Origin: Octopus vulgaris
Taxonomy: Eukaryota
DNA length: 64,000 bases
Direction of reading: 5' to 3'
Assembly: GCA_951406725.2 (NCBI GenBank)
Contig: OX597822.1
Location: 74,648,001-74,712,000 of the forward strand
Below the pieces are notes generated by a model. The model made no database searches. It was given only the letters and a program-made list of their open reading frames with translations, and was not told the origin of the DNA. Positions 13,748-27,699 of this stretch are shown piece after piece. The position numbers and the translations under genes were made by a program. How positions within the stretch are numbered: the stretch's first letter is position 1; the number at the start of each line of letters is the position of its first letter.

Positions 13748-14939
13748 TGGCTGGATTAAGACCCATAGAGGTCCTAAGCACTCAAAAAGATATTGGTGTC
13801 TCTATATATGTTGTAATTCAAAATATAAGCAATAATAAACCATGAAATGAATTTTTATTTTTGAAGATAAAACAAAGCTAAGATTATGATGGAAAATAAT
13901 GTTTAATTTTGTATACTTCCATTTTATTTATACTTGAAAAGTTTTCTCCTACTTTTTTTTTAGATTGAAAAGCTTTTGATCAAATCCTCACTATGACACC
14001 ATGTACACTTCAAAATTATATTTCCAATAGTATAAATCATGTTGAATGTTATTTTAGCAAGTTTAAAGTGATTTCTTTTGTGCCATAAACCATTTACCAT
14101 TTGAGTATGCTGGAGCAGGGTGAGTATTTTGGCTTGGTTGAGGACTTCGGTGTTGGTTAAAACTAGATTTAATTTGATTTACGACTGAAGAGGATAAAGA
14201 CTCATTTGAAAAGTATCAATGGATAAGGAACAGTAGAAAAAGTAGAAAAATAATATACAAATAGTGTTCTTATTATGTTGTAAGACTTGAACACCTTTCT
14301 CTGTATTTCACACAAAATGAAAACATCTGAGACAAGGGCTTTTAGGTTTTTAGATTTGTACTCCCAAAAGAAGTTTTCTTTCTAAGCTCATGGTTCTGTA
14401 TTCAATCCAACTGTGTGGCACACTGGGCAGGTGTCTTCGACTATAGAGCCAGGCTGACCATAGCCTTGTTGATGGAAACTGAAAGCAGCCTGTCATATAT
14501 GTATGTATATACATGTGTGTGTGTGTGTGTGCGTGTGTGCACATGTGCATGTGTGTATGTATGTGTGTGTGTATGTTTGTGTCTCCTTGTCATGAAATTC
14601 TCTGACAGTTGTAAATGAGTGTCACTGTTATACAAGCGGTGTCGTTCATTTCCAATATTCTGGGAAAATCATGTTTGGTCATGGGGAAATATAACCTTGC
14701 CTGGAAACAGGTGAGGGTTGGCAACAGGAAGGGCATCCAGATGTAGGAAAACCGTGTCAATAAACTCCATCTGACCCATGCAAGCATGGAAATGTGGATG
14801 GTCAATTGATGATGAATGAATGGTGACATACATTCATGTTTATGTACGAATGTATGTGGAATTTTGCTGTGAGAGATAAAGTTAATGAAAGGAAGGTATT
14901 TATATTGTGCATCCATGCATCAAAATTCTAAACATTGGC

Positions 14940-15665
14940 GCCAATACCACCACCACCACCAATATTACCTCTGCCACCACCACTACTACCATCATCACCA
15001 GCACCAACATAATCACCACCACTACCACCGCTACCATTACCACCATCACCGCCACCACCACTACCACCTCCACCACCACCACCACCACCAAAATTACCAC
15101 GACGACGACGACCACCACCACCACCACCACCACCACTATTACCTCCACCACTAACACCACCACCAATACCACCACCAATATAAACTCCACCACTAAATAC
15201 CACCACTACCACCACCATTACCACCACTTCCGCTGCCATCAGTATCATTACCACCACCACCACCACTATAACCTACACCACCAGCACCCCCACCACTACC
15301 ATTACCACCACCACCACTGCCACCACCACCGCTGCCACCGCCTCTTCCACCACCACCTCCGCCATCACCACAACCACCAACACCACCACCACCATCACCA
15401 GCACCACCAGCACCACTATCACCGCCACCAGCACCAGCACCACCACCATCACCACCACTACTCTAACCCCTACCACTAAAAGCATTATCACAAACAGTAA
15501 CACTTCCAATATGAAGACGACCACAAAATTCACCGCCAGCACACTTACTAACACCAACTCCACCGCAGACTTCCCCACTAGCACTTAAGTCACCCACCAC
15601 CGCCACCACCACCACCACCACCACCACCACCACCATCAGCAACAGCATTAGCATCAACATCACTA
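14940..15665. repeat. (CAC/CAT)n low-complexity array (others at 28255-28670, 34350-34592, 42365-42780, 58655-59045)
   Basis: Degenerate trinucleotide repeats; source of the spurious poly-His/Thr/Pro ORFs. Confidence 0.95.
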
Positions 15666-15736
15666 ACAATTTATGAATGCTGTAATCAAACCCGGATGAA
15701 TATTCGAGGAAAAGAACAACAGACAGACGGACAGAC

Positions 15737-15784
<48 letters not shown>

Positions 15785-15953
15785 GCACACACATACAGAC
15801 ACACACACACACATACGCACTGTAACAGGAAACGAAAATTAAAATGCTTTAATGAGATTCTCCGAAATCTGTCGAAAGATCTTCATTGTCATTTGGTATT
15901 TGTCAGTTGAAAACTTTTGAGGAATTTGGATCATAGTGAAGAACCCTGAAGAC

Positions 15954-16029
15954 ATGAAGATCGCATCAGTGTCCATGGTTTCCCTTTTTATTTTTGGTTT
16001 ATTCAATTTCATCTCTCTGACTCACTCAA
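15954..16029 (+). CDS. RPTP exon 1: signal peptide MKIASVSMVSLFIFGLFNFISLTHS
   Basis: ATG with upstream in-frame TGA (15918); basic N-terminus plus hydrophobic core; donor GTAAGA, phase 1. Confidence 0.8.
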
Positions 16030-16317
16030 GTAAGATATTTTCTTTTTTGTTGTTTTTGTGATTGTTGTTGTTGTTATTGTCATCATTATTGTTTGCTTGT
16101 TAGTATTGTTGTTGTTGTTGTTGTTGTTTAATGTTCAAATTTGATAAAGGATATTATGTGATAAATGTCCTTCCAAGTATGAACAGCTCACTCGTCTTTT
16201 GATTTATATATGTATGTATGTATCTAGGACTGCATAATCAAATGTGGTCTTACTTTTTTTTTCTGGAAGAGTAGGCATGGATGGATGCAGACATGACTGT
16301 TTGGTAAGAGGTTTGTA

Positions 16318-16361
<44 letters not shown>

Positions 16362-16610
16362 GATAGATAGATAGAAAATAGATAGATAGATAGAAAGATG
16401 TATATATATGAATATACATATATATATTTATATATATATATATATATTTATGAATATATATATGTATATGTATATATATATATGTTTATATACATATACA
16501 TATATATATATATATATATGTATGTATCTATATGTGTATATATATATGTATATATATATGAATATATATATATATATACATATATACATATATATATGTA
16601 TATACATATA

Positions 16611-16675
<65 letters not shown>

Positions 16676-16794
16676 GTAAAGAATATGAGGGCTTTAGTTC
16701 ACTTGTGATTTAAATGAATAGGTACACTGGGTTAGTGCTATAATTGGTTGAACATTAAGTTCCAAGATCACAGCTATATATATAAATATAACGT

Positions 16795-17205
16795 GGCCGT
16801 AGCCAGTACCGCATCAACTGGCCTCCGTGCTGTGGGCACGTAACAAACACCATCCGATCGTGGCTGTTCGCCAGCCTCATCTGGCACCTGTGTCGGTGGC
16901 ACATAAAAGCACCATCCGAGCGTGGCCGTCTGCCAGCCTCGTCTGGCACCTGTGTCGGTGGCACATAAAAAACACCATCCGAGCGTGGCCGTTCGCCAGC
17001 CTCGTCTGGCACCTGTGTCGGTGGCACATAAAATCACCCACTACACTCTCGGAGTGGTTAGCGTTAGGAAGGGCATCCAACTGTAGAAACACTGCCAGAT
17101 CTGACTGGCCTGGTGCAGCCTTCCGGCTCCCCAGACCCCAGTTGAACCGTCCAACCCATGCTAGCATGGAAAGCGGACGTTAAATGATGATGATGATGAT
17201 GATGA
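16795..17205 (+). mobile_element. SINE 3' part with three internal tandem units of about 62 bp and (GAT)n tail (resembles octopus OK-type; relatives 2765-3020, 36080-36330, 47845-48230, 52770-53135)
   Basis: Shared GGCGTTAGGAAGGGCATCCAGCTGTAGAAAC..CATGCTAGCATGGAAAGCGGACGTTAAA(TGA)n body. Confidence 0.8.
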
Positions 17206-17709
17206 TGATATATATATAAAAAATACAGAATGGGACAAGAACACAAACATCCAGACAGGTGATACAAAAAATGGACAACAAAACATCCAGATAGACGATA
17301 CAAAGAAAACATGGATGAGTCATTCGGAGTTTTCTTTCCTCAGTCGAGTTCCAGATTATCTTTGCAATTTTGGCTGGTTATACTCTAGATGGCTCCGATC
17401 TGGCCAGCCCCAAAGAAAATCTAAGCTATGAGCATTAGATTCCTTAGAAAAAAAGCAGCGAATGTATACGAAAACAAGGACGGAAAAAAAAAAAGATTTT
17501 AAACAAGTAACAGGACATAACAACAGATGTTTTTGACTAAGGACGAATTAAATTAAGCAGGTGTGTGTGGAAATAAAGCCTTATGGCAGGGATACAAGAT
17601 TTCACAGGCACAGGGAGGAATATAGCTGTTGCACAGACGATGGCTGAACCAAGAAAGAAAGATCAGGCTTGGCCGAACACCAGTCATGCGGGGAGAGAAG
17701 AGAGGGAGA

Positions 17710-18015
17710 TCAGGTCATCCCATAAGTTCTGTCTGAATTTTGAATAAAGAAATCAAGTAATCAAATATTATATTTAATTGAAATTTAATCATCAATATAC
17801 TTTTCCTGATTATTTATGATTTCCTTCCATCTATTTAAAAGCTTTTTAATCCCATCAATTTATAACTCTTTTGGTTTCAAAGTGAAGAACTCTGAAATGT
17901 CAGTTTCGACCTCTTCTTGGCTTGCGAAAGTTATGTCTCCCAAATGATTCCATAAACTACGAAACAAATGGTAGTCTGAAGGAGCAAGGTCGGGAGAATA
18001 AGATAGATGAGAAAT
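17710..18015 (-). mobile_element. 3' fragment of the same mariner family as 49640-50906
   Basis: Same TIR; translates YSPDLAPSDYHLFRSL. Confidence 0.92.
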
Positions 18016-18104
18016 ACTGTGGAACACTGTCATAGAGCATTGAGCAGCATTCGTGATCTCAGCATTTTCATAGCTTGTGTGAATCATCATGATAATGGTC
18101 ACTG

Positions 18105-18370
18105 GTCCCCCTGGAGGTGGTGGAAAGTTCCAATTGGGGCGATAATGGGGTAGTGATTCAAGTAAAAGGTGGGGTGATAATGGGGTGGCAATTCATGTAA
18201 AAACAACAAAATAATGGGTTTATTAGGTTAAGTTTTATTTGTGAAATACAGTTGCTTTGAATTTGCTTCAGAAAGTTGTTTATGTTTGTGATGGTTAGTA
18301 GGGATGGAAGCGCTTGGAATGTGGCCTGGGTGTCAAAGGGGTGGCCGCTGGTAAAAGTTTGGAAACCACT
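18105..18370. mobile_element. hAT-like non-autonomous element end (second copy about 57930-58180)
   Basis: Two diverged copies ending in AAAAGTTTGGAAACCACTG / AAATGTTTGAGAACCACTG (CAGTGGTT-type TIR). Confidence 0.6.
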
Positions 18371-19352
18371 GATATAGGTAACATTTTCCCATTACTCAGA
18401 TGGCTTCCAACCCTCCTATGCAACTGACTTTTTCTTAACAACGATCTTAGTTTTTATTCTTCCTGTTTCTGGAAAAAGGAGACATAAAATATATAATTAC
18501 ACATATTTGTTTGTTCCTTCTCGAGCCGTACCTGGCTCATAAGGGCCGGTTTCCCAGTTTCCTTGGTGTATAGATTCCCCACCTCGACGGGACACCCGTC
18601 TGTTGCAGGTGAGCTGCAAGATGTAGGAGGAAAGAGTGAGAGAAAGTTGTGGTGAAAGATTCAGCAGAAGTTCGCCATTACCTTCTGCCAGAGCTGCGTG
18701 GAGCTTAGGTGTTTCGCTCATAAACACACACATCACCCGGTCCGAGATTCAAACCTGCGATCCTTCGACCGCAAGTCCACTGCTCTTACCTCTAGGCCAT
18801 GTACCTCCACACAATTGGACATATGATGGACACCATATCTAATTCATCATCATCATCATCATCATCGTCATTTAATGTCGTTGGATGTTTTGACTGAGGA
18901 CTGGCAAGCAAGAAGGCTGCATCAGGCGCCAATCCAAACTGGCAAAGTTTCTACAGCTGGATGCTCTTCCTAATGCCAACCACTCCAAGAGTGTAGTGGG
19001 TACTTTTTACATGTCACTGGCACGAGGGTCAGTCACACGCAGCACTGGCATCGACCATGCTTGAATGGTGCCCTTTACATGCCACTGGCACGGGAGCCAG
19101 TGAGACAGCACTACCCCATCAAAAAATCTTGAGTTTTAGATTAATTTTGGGAAATTTTCATACAAAAAAAAAATGCATTTCGTGATTTGCATAATAAAAT
19201 AATCTTCCATAAAAGTCAGACATTTGAATGTTAAATATTTGCTGCATTGTAAAAAATTTGTAAAATTAAAAAAGAAGAAAATTAATCATAAAGAAAACAA
19301 TTTGTTCCTCCTCTTTTGTTCCCTATGATTGTTTTACTGAAACCATTTTCAG

Positions 19353-19430
19353 AAAAATGTATTCGTAAAAACGGGGATTGTGTAGCAGCAGACGTACATC
19401 ACTGTAAAACTGCGTGCTCTGTAATTCCAG
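19353..19430 (+). CDS. RPTP exon 2: Cys-rich KCIRKNGDCVAADVHHCKTACSVIP
   Basis: ttttcAG acceptor, CAG|GTAAGT donor, 78 nt phase 1-1, open frame with 4 Cys. Confidence 0.8.
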
Positions 19431-19631
19431 GTAAGTTTTTATTATATTTTCAAAAAACTGTAGATTTAAAGTGATAGTATGTTGTCAACTTAATGTGACA
19501 GTCCCATAAAAGGGAAGAATGCTACTGTTATTTAGCCCTAGGTAACACCGTTTCTGATTGGACTTGACACATTTCCCGTGTCCTTATGTTCCCAAAGTGG
19601 AGATAAGCACCTCCACCCAGCAAAGCCAGCA

Positions 19632-19674
19632 TCCAGAGACTAGTTTCAGAGTCATTGCTCATCATCAGTCTGGA
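19632..19674 (-). ncRNA. Penelope-type type I hammerhead ribozyme motif
   Basis: Minus strand TCCAGA-CTGATGA-tGAGcaatgaCTCt-GAAA-CTAG-TC-TCTGGA: 6-bp stem I, palindromic ACUAGU stem III, GUC cleavage triplet. Confidence 0.72.
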
Positions 19675-20209
19675 GTAGCATGACTTGCTAGATGTCGATA
19701 CCTATCTGCTTTTGAAAACATATATATTACAAGTGAAATAAATTCACTGATTTTTGAAAATAGAAATAATATATTTTTTTATCATGCTGCTACTGCATAA
19801 ATCTCTCTAAGAGATTTAGAAAAATATTATTTCAACTGTAGATTTATTCAGTAATCTTACTTGCTTATAACAACCCATCAAACGTGATGACAGTGTTGAT
19901 CCAAGACATTCATCCTTCTCTGCCTGCCACACATTGCTTCTCATGGGAGCAGACTTGGTTGCAAGACCGATACAAGATAGGCAGATCTTGTGGTAGTGAG
20001 GGCATTGAGAGTGAGTCTGAAAAACAGCCATGTTGGTGGTGTTTATACAGTCTCCTGCATTCGGTTCCAAAGTGCTCCACTCCAGCACCACACATAGACC
20101 TCTGTGCCTTCTGATTAACTGCCAGGGTCTCCAACCAGTTAGGTGGGACACTGCGTAAAATGAGAGACTGCTAGAGATGAAATGAAAATGAAGTATATTC
20201 AACATAGTG

Positions 20210-20740
<531 letters not shown>

Positions 20741-21060
20741 AATACAAAAATAGTATTGAGATAAAAGACTGTTAAAACAGTGTTAATTTGTTTATTGAAC
20801 CAACGAGCAAAAGTTCATTATCTATGTGAGTTGATTGATCATTTACTCTTTTACTCTTTTACTTGTTTCTGGCGTTTGAGTGTGGCCGTGCTGGAGCACT
20901 GCCTTTAGTCAAGCAAATCGACCCCAGGACTTACTCTTTGGAAGCCTAGTACTTATTCTATCGGTCTCTTTTGCCGAACCGCTAAGTTACGGGGACATAA
21001 ACACACCAGCATCGGTTGTGAGGCGATGTTGGGAGGACAAACACAGACAAACAAACATAC

Positions 21061-21124
<64 letters not shown>

Positions 21125-21319
21125 GTATACATACATGTGATGGGCTTCTTTTAGTTTCTGTCTACCAAATCCACTCACAAGGCTTTGGTCGGCCCAGGTC
21201 TCTAGTAGAAGACACTTGCCCAAGGTGCCACACAGTGGAACTGAACCCGGAACCATGTGGTTGATAAGCAAGCTACTTACCACACAGCCACCCCTACGCC
21301 TATACAAAGAAGCATCAAA

Positions 21320-21369
21320 TGGCAATGGTGGGATTCGAATCCATGCCTCCGAAGAGACTGGTGCCTTAA
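21320..21369 (-). pseudogene. 3' half of tRNA-Leu(AAG)
   Basis: Minus strand TTTAAGGCACCAGTCTCTTCGGAGGCATGGATTCGAATCCCACCATTGCCA: anticodon loop, long variable arm, T arm and acceptor strand; 5' half absent. Confidence 0.8.
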
Positions 21370-21478
21370 AATAGGAAATTTTGAAATAATGATTCATCGA
21401 AGAGTTAATAAGAATAGTCAGCTGCCATCTGATTTAAAATATTTGCTCCTTTTCTTTTGTTTATTTATTTATTTGATT

Positions 21479-21483
<5 letters not shown>

Positions 21484-21512
<29 letters not shown>

Positions 21513-21975
21513 GCACAGATGCGCTTGCATGTGTGAGTGTGTGTGTGTGTGTGTGTATGTGTGTGTGAGTACGTGTGCATGTGTATGTGTGTGCATGTGT
21601 ATGTGTGTGCATGCGTGTGTGTATGTACTTGTGTATGCATGTGTGCATGTGTATAAGTGTGTACACATGTGTGTGCGTGTGCCTCTGTGTGTGTGCGCAT
21701 GCATGTGTATATGTACGTGTGTATGCACCTGTGCATGTGTGTGTGTGTGTATGTGTGTGTGTGTATGTGTGTGTATTTGTGTGTGTGTACGGGCACGTGA
21801 GTGAGTGTGTGTAAGTGTGTGTATGTGCATGTGTGTGTGTGCATGTTTGTGTATGTGTGTCTGTTAGTGTATGTATGTGTTTGTGCATGTGTGTGTGTGC
21901 ATGTGTGTGTATGTGTGTCTGTTAGTGTATGTATGTGTTTGTGCATGTGTGTGTGTGTGTGTGTGTGTGTGCAGG
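21484..21975. repeat. Compound (CA)/(TG)n low-complexity tract (another at 56507-57140)
   Basis: Alternating purine-pyrimidine runs. Confidence 0.95.
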
Positions 21976-22094
21976 CACATTGTTTCGCAGTATTCTATGG
22001 CAATGCAATCTTGGAACCTTTATGTATTCAAAACAATGGCTGACTGTTTTAAATCCAATTCTTTATATTTCCTTTTGAATTGTTTTTTTGGCAG

Positions 22095-22244
22095 AGAACT
22101 GCAACAAAGGAATCGATCGTTTTGGAAAAGGCAAAAAACACCAATGTCATTGCAAACAATTGAGATTTTGCAATGTCACCAACAATGGTCATTGTAATGG
22201 CAAAGGATGTATCTTTGGTTACGAGGGACCAAACTGCCAAAAAC
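22095..22244 (+). CDS. RPTP exon 3: EGF-like repeat (ENCNKGIDRFG...CHC...CIFGYEGPNCQK)
   Basis: MEGF/laminin-EGF Cys pattern; 150 nt phase 1-1; donor GTAAGT. Confidence 0.92.
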
Positions 22245-22552
22245 GTAAGTTGTATTTCAGTATTCAGTACCATAATCATCATCACCACCACCAGCATAAC
22301 CACCACCACCACCACCAGCATAACCAAGATATTTGGCAACAAAAGAAAGAATTGTTATCGCACCAGATAAATTACTTAGAGTTATTTCTCCCAACCTTAT
22401 ATTCTGAGTTCAAATGATGGTGAGGGACAATAAAATAAGTACCAGCTGAACAATGGGGGTTGACTTACACATTTTCCAAGATTGCTGGCTTTGTGCCAGA
22501 ATTTGAAAAGTATATTTAGTTATATGTAATGAACTAAATTGGTAAGTTATCA

Positions 22553-22607
<55 letters not shown>

Positions 22608-22969
22608 ATCCAAGGAAAAACCAAGTTTCCTTTAAAGGGATGGAAAACAACCAATTTTCTCCTGGTTCCTCAGTTAAATGCCCAATAGTGCAGAGAAAAA
22701 ACTTCTCTCAACTCAAAAGGATATATATTCAATATAGAAAAATTAAAAGAAAACAGAGATAAACGATTGACACATTATTCTTTTATTAGTTTCAGTCATT
22801 TGACTGTGGCCATGCTGGAGCACCACCTTTAGTAGAACAAATCGACCCCAGGACTTATTCTTTGGAAACCTAGTACTTATTCTATCAATCTCTTTTGCTG
22901 AACCGCTGCATAACAGGGACATAAACACACCAATACCGGTTGTCAAGTGATGGTGGGGGACAAACACAG

Positions 22970-23003
<34 letters not shown>

Positions 23004-23534
23004 GCGACGGGCTTCTTTCAGTTTCTGTCTACCAAATCCACTCACAAAGCTTTTGTCTGCCCGAGGCTATAGTAGGAGGCACTTGTCCAAGGTGCCATGC
23101 TGTGGGACTGAACCAGGAACCACGTGATGGGAGAGCAAGCTCCTTACCACACAATGGCATAAAGTTAATTTATTAATGTTATAATATAATTATACTATGA
23201 TATAATATGATACAAAATAATAAAATATAATAAAAATGCTAAAATAAATTTTTTAAAATTTCTATTTCTATTTGTTTTTATATTCTTATTTATTATATTA
23301 TAGTGTAGTATAACTTTATTATAACATTAATAAATTAGATTTATAACATGTCAACCATATATACTCTTTTTACTCTTTTACTTGTTTCAGTCATTTGACT
23401 GTAGCCATGCTGGAGCACCACCTTTTAGTCGAGCAAATCGACCCCAGGACTTATTCTTTGTAAGCGTAGTACTTATTCTATCGGTCTCTTTTGCCGAACT
23501 GCTAAGTTACAGGGATGTAAACACACCAGCACAC

Positions 23535-23615
<81 letters not shown>

Positions 23616-23804
23616 TACATACGACGGGCTTCTTTCGGTTTCTGTCTACCAAATCCATTCACAAGGCTTTGGTCGGCCTGAGGCTATAGTAGAAGGCACT
23701 TGCCCAAGGTGCCACGCAGTGGGACTTAACCTGGAACCATGTGGTTGGTAAGCAAGCTACTTACCACACAGCCACTCCTACACCTATCTTTATTTTCTTT
23801 TAAT

Positions 23805-23841
<37 letters not shown>

Positions 23842-23842
<1 letters not shown>

Positions 23843-24067
23843 GAGGTGGGGGCTGAAAAATTCCTGGCTTTGGGTGAAAGAAAATACAGGAGGATCAGTT
23901 AATTATGATTTTCTTTAACATATTGCCCTCTCAGATTCACACACTTAATGCAGTGGTCCCTCAGTTTTTCTAAGCCCTGTAAGACAGGGCTTAGAACTCG
24001 GAAGGTTGAGCCTCTAGCCAGGCCTTTTGCAATACCCTTAAAGCCAGGAACTTTTCAGCATCCCTTG
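23842..24067. mobile_element. Mariner-like MITE (partial inverted copy at about 37162-37312)
   Basis: Imperfect TIRs GCTGAAAAATTCCTGGCTTT / AAAGCCAGGAACTTTTCAGC; right end followed by TA. Confidence 0.7.
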
Positions 24068-27000
24068 TACACACACACACACACACACACACATAAATTC
24101 CACTAAACATTTTAATGATAACTGACACAACCATTCTGTGTTTTCCAGAACCATGCCAACCACTATCACAAATTAAAAGTGTTTGGATATTTTCCCTTAT
24201 TCCTACAGCATCCATGCTATCTATGTCAAACATTGTCTCACAGGAAGCAATTATGTATCAAATTAACGCTAATAAGTTGATTACATAAACCGCACTCATA
24301 AGCTAATTACCAGCTTAACCAACTTCTTGTTTATAACGAACTTGTGTTGCTTAACTATCATTATAACTGTCCTATGATGATGATGATGGTGATGATAATG
24401 CACATCCACCGCCACCGCCACCGCCACCACCACCGCCGCCACCACTACCACTACCACCACCACCATCATCAGTATGAGTTTAGTTCATTTCATGACCAAG
24501 CTCGTCTTATGATTTTCTTGTTTTACAAATCAATTTTCAACATCATCATCATCATCATCATTGTCATTTAATGTCTGTGTTCCATGCTAGCATGGGTAGG
24601 ACGGTACCAAAAAAAGCCGGCCAGGGCCGAAGTCTGCACCAAACTTCTGTAGCTGTTATGGCAGGATTTTTACAGTTGGATGCTCTTCCTAACATCAATC
24701 ATTCCGCATTCCTATTGAAATTTAACTAAAATATAATTAATCAGTTCCAGACCCCCAAAACCACTCAAAAATAATTTTTTGTGGGTTTTAAAACAGGAAA
24801 GGTATAGTTATAAGTAAAATGACAATTATAAAAAAGAGAATACAAAAGAAATATGTAAACTGGTTTTATTAACCGAATTACCTTAAAGATGGGACAGTTT
24901 GTGTGCTTGTCCTGCAGATTTCTGTTCATACTGCAGATTTCTGTTCATACTACCTATTTCTTTATTACCCACAAGGGGCTAAACACAGAGGGGACAAACA
25001 AGGACAGACATAGGTATTAAGTCGATTACATCGACCCCAGTGCGTAACTGGTACTTAATTTATTGACCCCGAAAGGATGAAAGGCAAAGTCGACCTCGGC
25101 AGAATTTGAACTCACAACATAATGCAGACGAAATACCACTAAGCATTTCGCCCGGCGTGCTAACGTTTCTGCGAGCTCGCCTTCTGTTCATACTACCAAT
25201 TTCTGTTCATACTGCAGATTTCTGCTTGTTCTGCAGATTTCTGTTCGTACTGCAGATTTCTGCTCATACTGCGAACTTCCACTCGTACTGCAAGACAAAA
25301 ATTCACACAAGTCCAGCTCATACAGCAAATTACTCGTACCATGGTGCACTTGAGCTGCAAGGTTCTACTGTATTTTGAATGAAAACAAAACATACCCAGA
25401 ATATCTGATTGCTAATAACAATGGAGACTTGGTAGATGAGGTTAGCTATTTAGTTTGTGAAGGTAGTTTGTATTATTTTAATTTTTTGTCTGTTATTGTT
25501 AACTTGTTCCAGTCATTAGACTGTGGCCATACTGGGGCACCTCCTTGAAGAACAAATCAACCTCAGTCCTTATTTCTTTTAAAGCTTGGTACTTATTCTA
25601 ATGGTATCTTTTGCTGAACTGCTAAGTTACCGGGATGTAAAAAGGATGTAAACACACCAACACCAGTTGTCAATCAGTGCTGGGGAACAAATACAGACAC
25701 AGGTGAAATCTTTGCTAGTGAGGCAACTGGCCAAGAATTAACAAGTATTCTGGTCTTTCATTGATTCGGAGAAGGCATTTGACAGAGAACCATGACCAGT
25801 GATTCAGTTAAAAAAAAAAAAAGTAAAGGCTACCTTCTGTTGCAATGACAAAGCATAAGGACCAGTTTCCTGATTTCCATGGCGTATATAAATAACCCAC
25901 CTGGATGGGAAGCTGGTCCATTGTATGTTTGGATAATTTCACTTGTTCATATAGCATCCATGCTATTTATGTCAGACACTATCTCACAAGAAGTGATTAT
26001 CTCACAAATTAACTCTAATAAGTTAATTACTTAAACTACACTCATAAGCTAATTACCAGCTTAACCAACTTCTTGTTTATAACAAACTTGTGTTGCTTAA
26101 CTATCATTAAAACTATCCTGATGATGATGATGATGATGATGAGGGTGATGATAATGCACTTCACCACCACCACCACCACCACCACTATCATCATCATCAT
26201 CAGTTATTACTCATTTTTGACAGCTGAGCAAACTGAAACAACATGAAATGAAGTGCTTTGCTGAAGAACACAATGTGTTGCCTGGTCCAGGAATTGAAAC
26301 CACAATCTTGCAATCATGAGTCCAACACCTTAACCACTAAGTCATGGACCTCCACAGCAATGTGAAATGAAGTGTTTTGCTCAAGAATACAATGCATTGC
26401 CCAGTCCAGGAAGTGAAACCACAATCTTACGATCATGAGTCCAACACCCTAACCACTAAGCCATGCACCTCTGCAATAACTTAGAGGTTACCGAGGAAAC
26501 TTTGTGTAGATCAGTGGTTCTCAAGTGTGATCTGTATGATCCCTAAGGGTTCATATAAGATTTCCAGTAAATTGGGGATGCACAGTAGTATTCTTTTTTG
26601 GGGGGTAGCAGTGGATTTGACTGACCCCAGTACACAACTGGTACTTAATTTATCGACCCTGAAAGGATGAAAGGCAAAGTCGACCTTGCCGGAATATGAA
26701 CTCAGAACATAAAGGCAGACAAAATACCGTTAAGTATTTTGCCCAGCATGCTAACATTTTTTATTTCTCTATTGCCCACAAGGGGCTAAACATAGAGGGG
26801 ACAAACAAGGACAGACAAACGGATTAAGTCGATTATATCGACCCTAGTATGTAACTGGTGGTTATTTAATTGACCTTGAAAGGATGAAAGACAAAGTCAA
26901 CCTCTGCGGAATTTGAACTCAGAATGTAAAGACAGATGAAATACCCATTTCTTTGCTACCCACAAGGAGCTAAACACAGAGGGGACAAACAAGGACAGAC

Positions 27001-27512
27001 AAACGGATTAAGTCGATTACATCGACTCCAGTGCGCAACTGGTACTTATTTAATCGACCCCGAAAGGATGAAAGGCAAAGTCGACCTCGGTGGAATTTGA
27101 ACTCAGAACATAGTGGCAGATGAAATACTCCTAAGCATTTCGCCCGGCGTGCTAACGATTCTGCCAGCTCGCCGCCTTAGATAACAGCTATATTCCTTTC
27201 TACACTAGGCACAAGGCCCGAAGTTTTGGATTAGGGGGCCAGTCGATTAGATCGACCCCAGTATGCAACTGGTACTTAATTTATCAACCCTGAACGGATG
27301 AAAGGCAAAGTTGACCTGTATAGAGCACAAGAAAGTGAGAGAGAGAAAAGAGAAATAAAGAGAGTAAATAGGAATGTGTTGAGAGAGATAGGGAGACTGG
27401 CAGGTAGAGAGACTGACAAATAGAGAAACTGTCTGATAGAGAGACTGAAGGATACAGGTGAAGGTTGAAAGAGTAAGAGAAATATATAGAGAGCAGAAGG
27501 AAAAGAAAGAGA

Positions 27513-27572
<60 letters not shown>

Positions 27573-27659
27573 AAATAGGAATGCTGAAAGTGGTAAGGGA
27601 GAATGAAAGACAGTGACAGAGGTTAAGAGAGCCAGAGAAACACAGATCACAAGGAAGAG

Positions 27660-27699
<40 letters not shown>

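Noticed and set aside
14885-15584. Long Thr/His-rich mucin-like ORFs upstream of exon 1
   Set aside because: Degenerate (CAC)n array open in several frames on both strands; no convincing splice link to the gene
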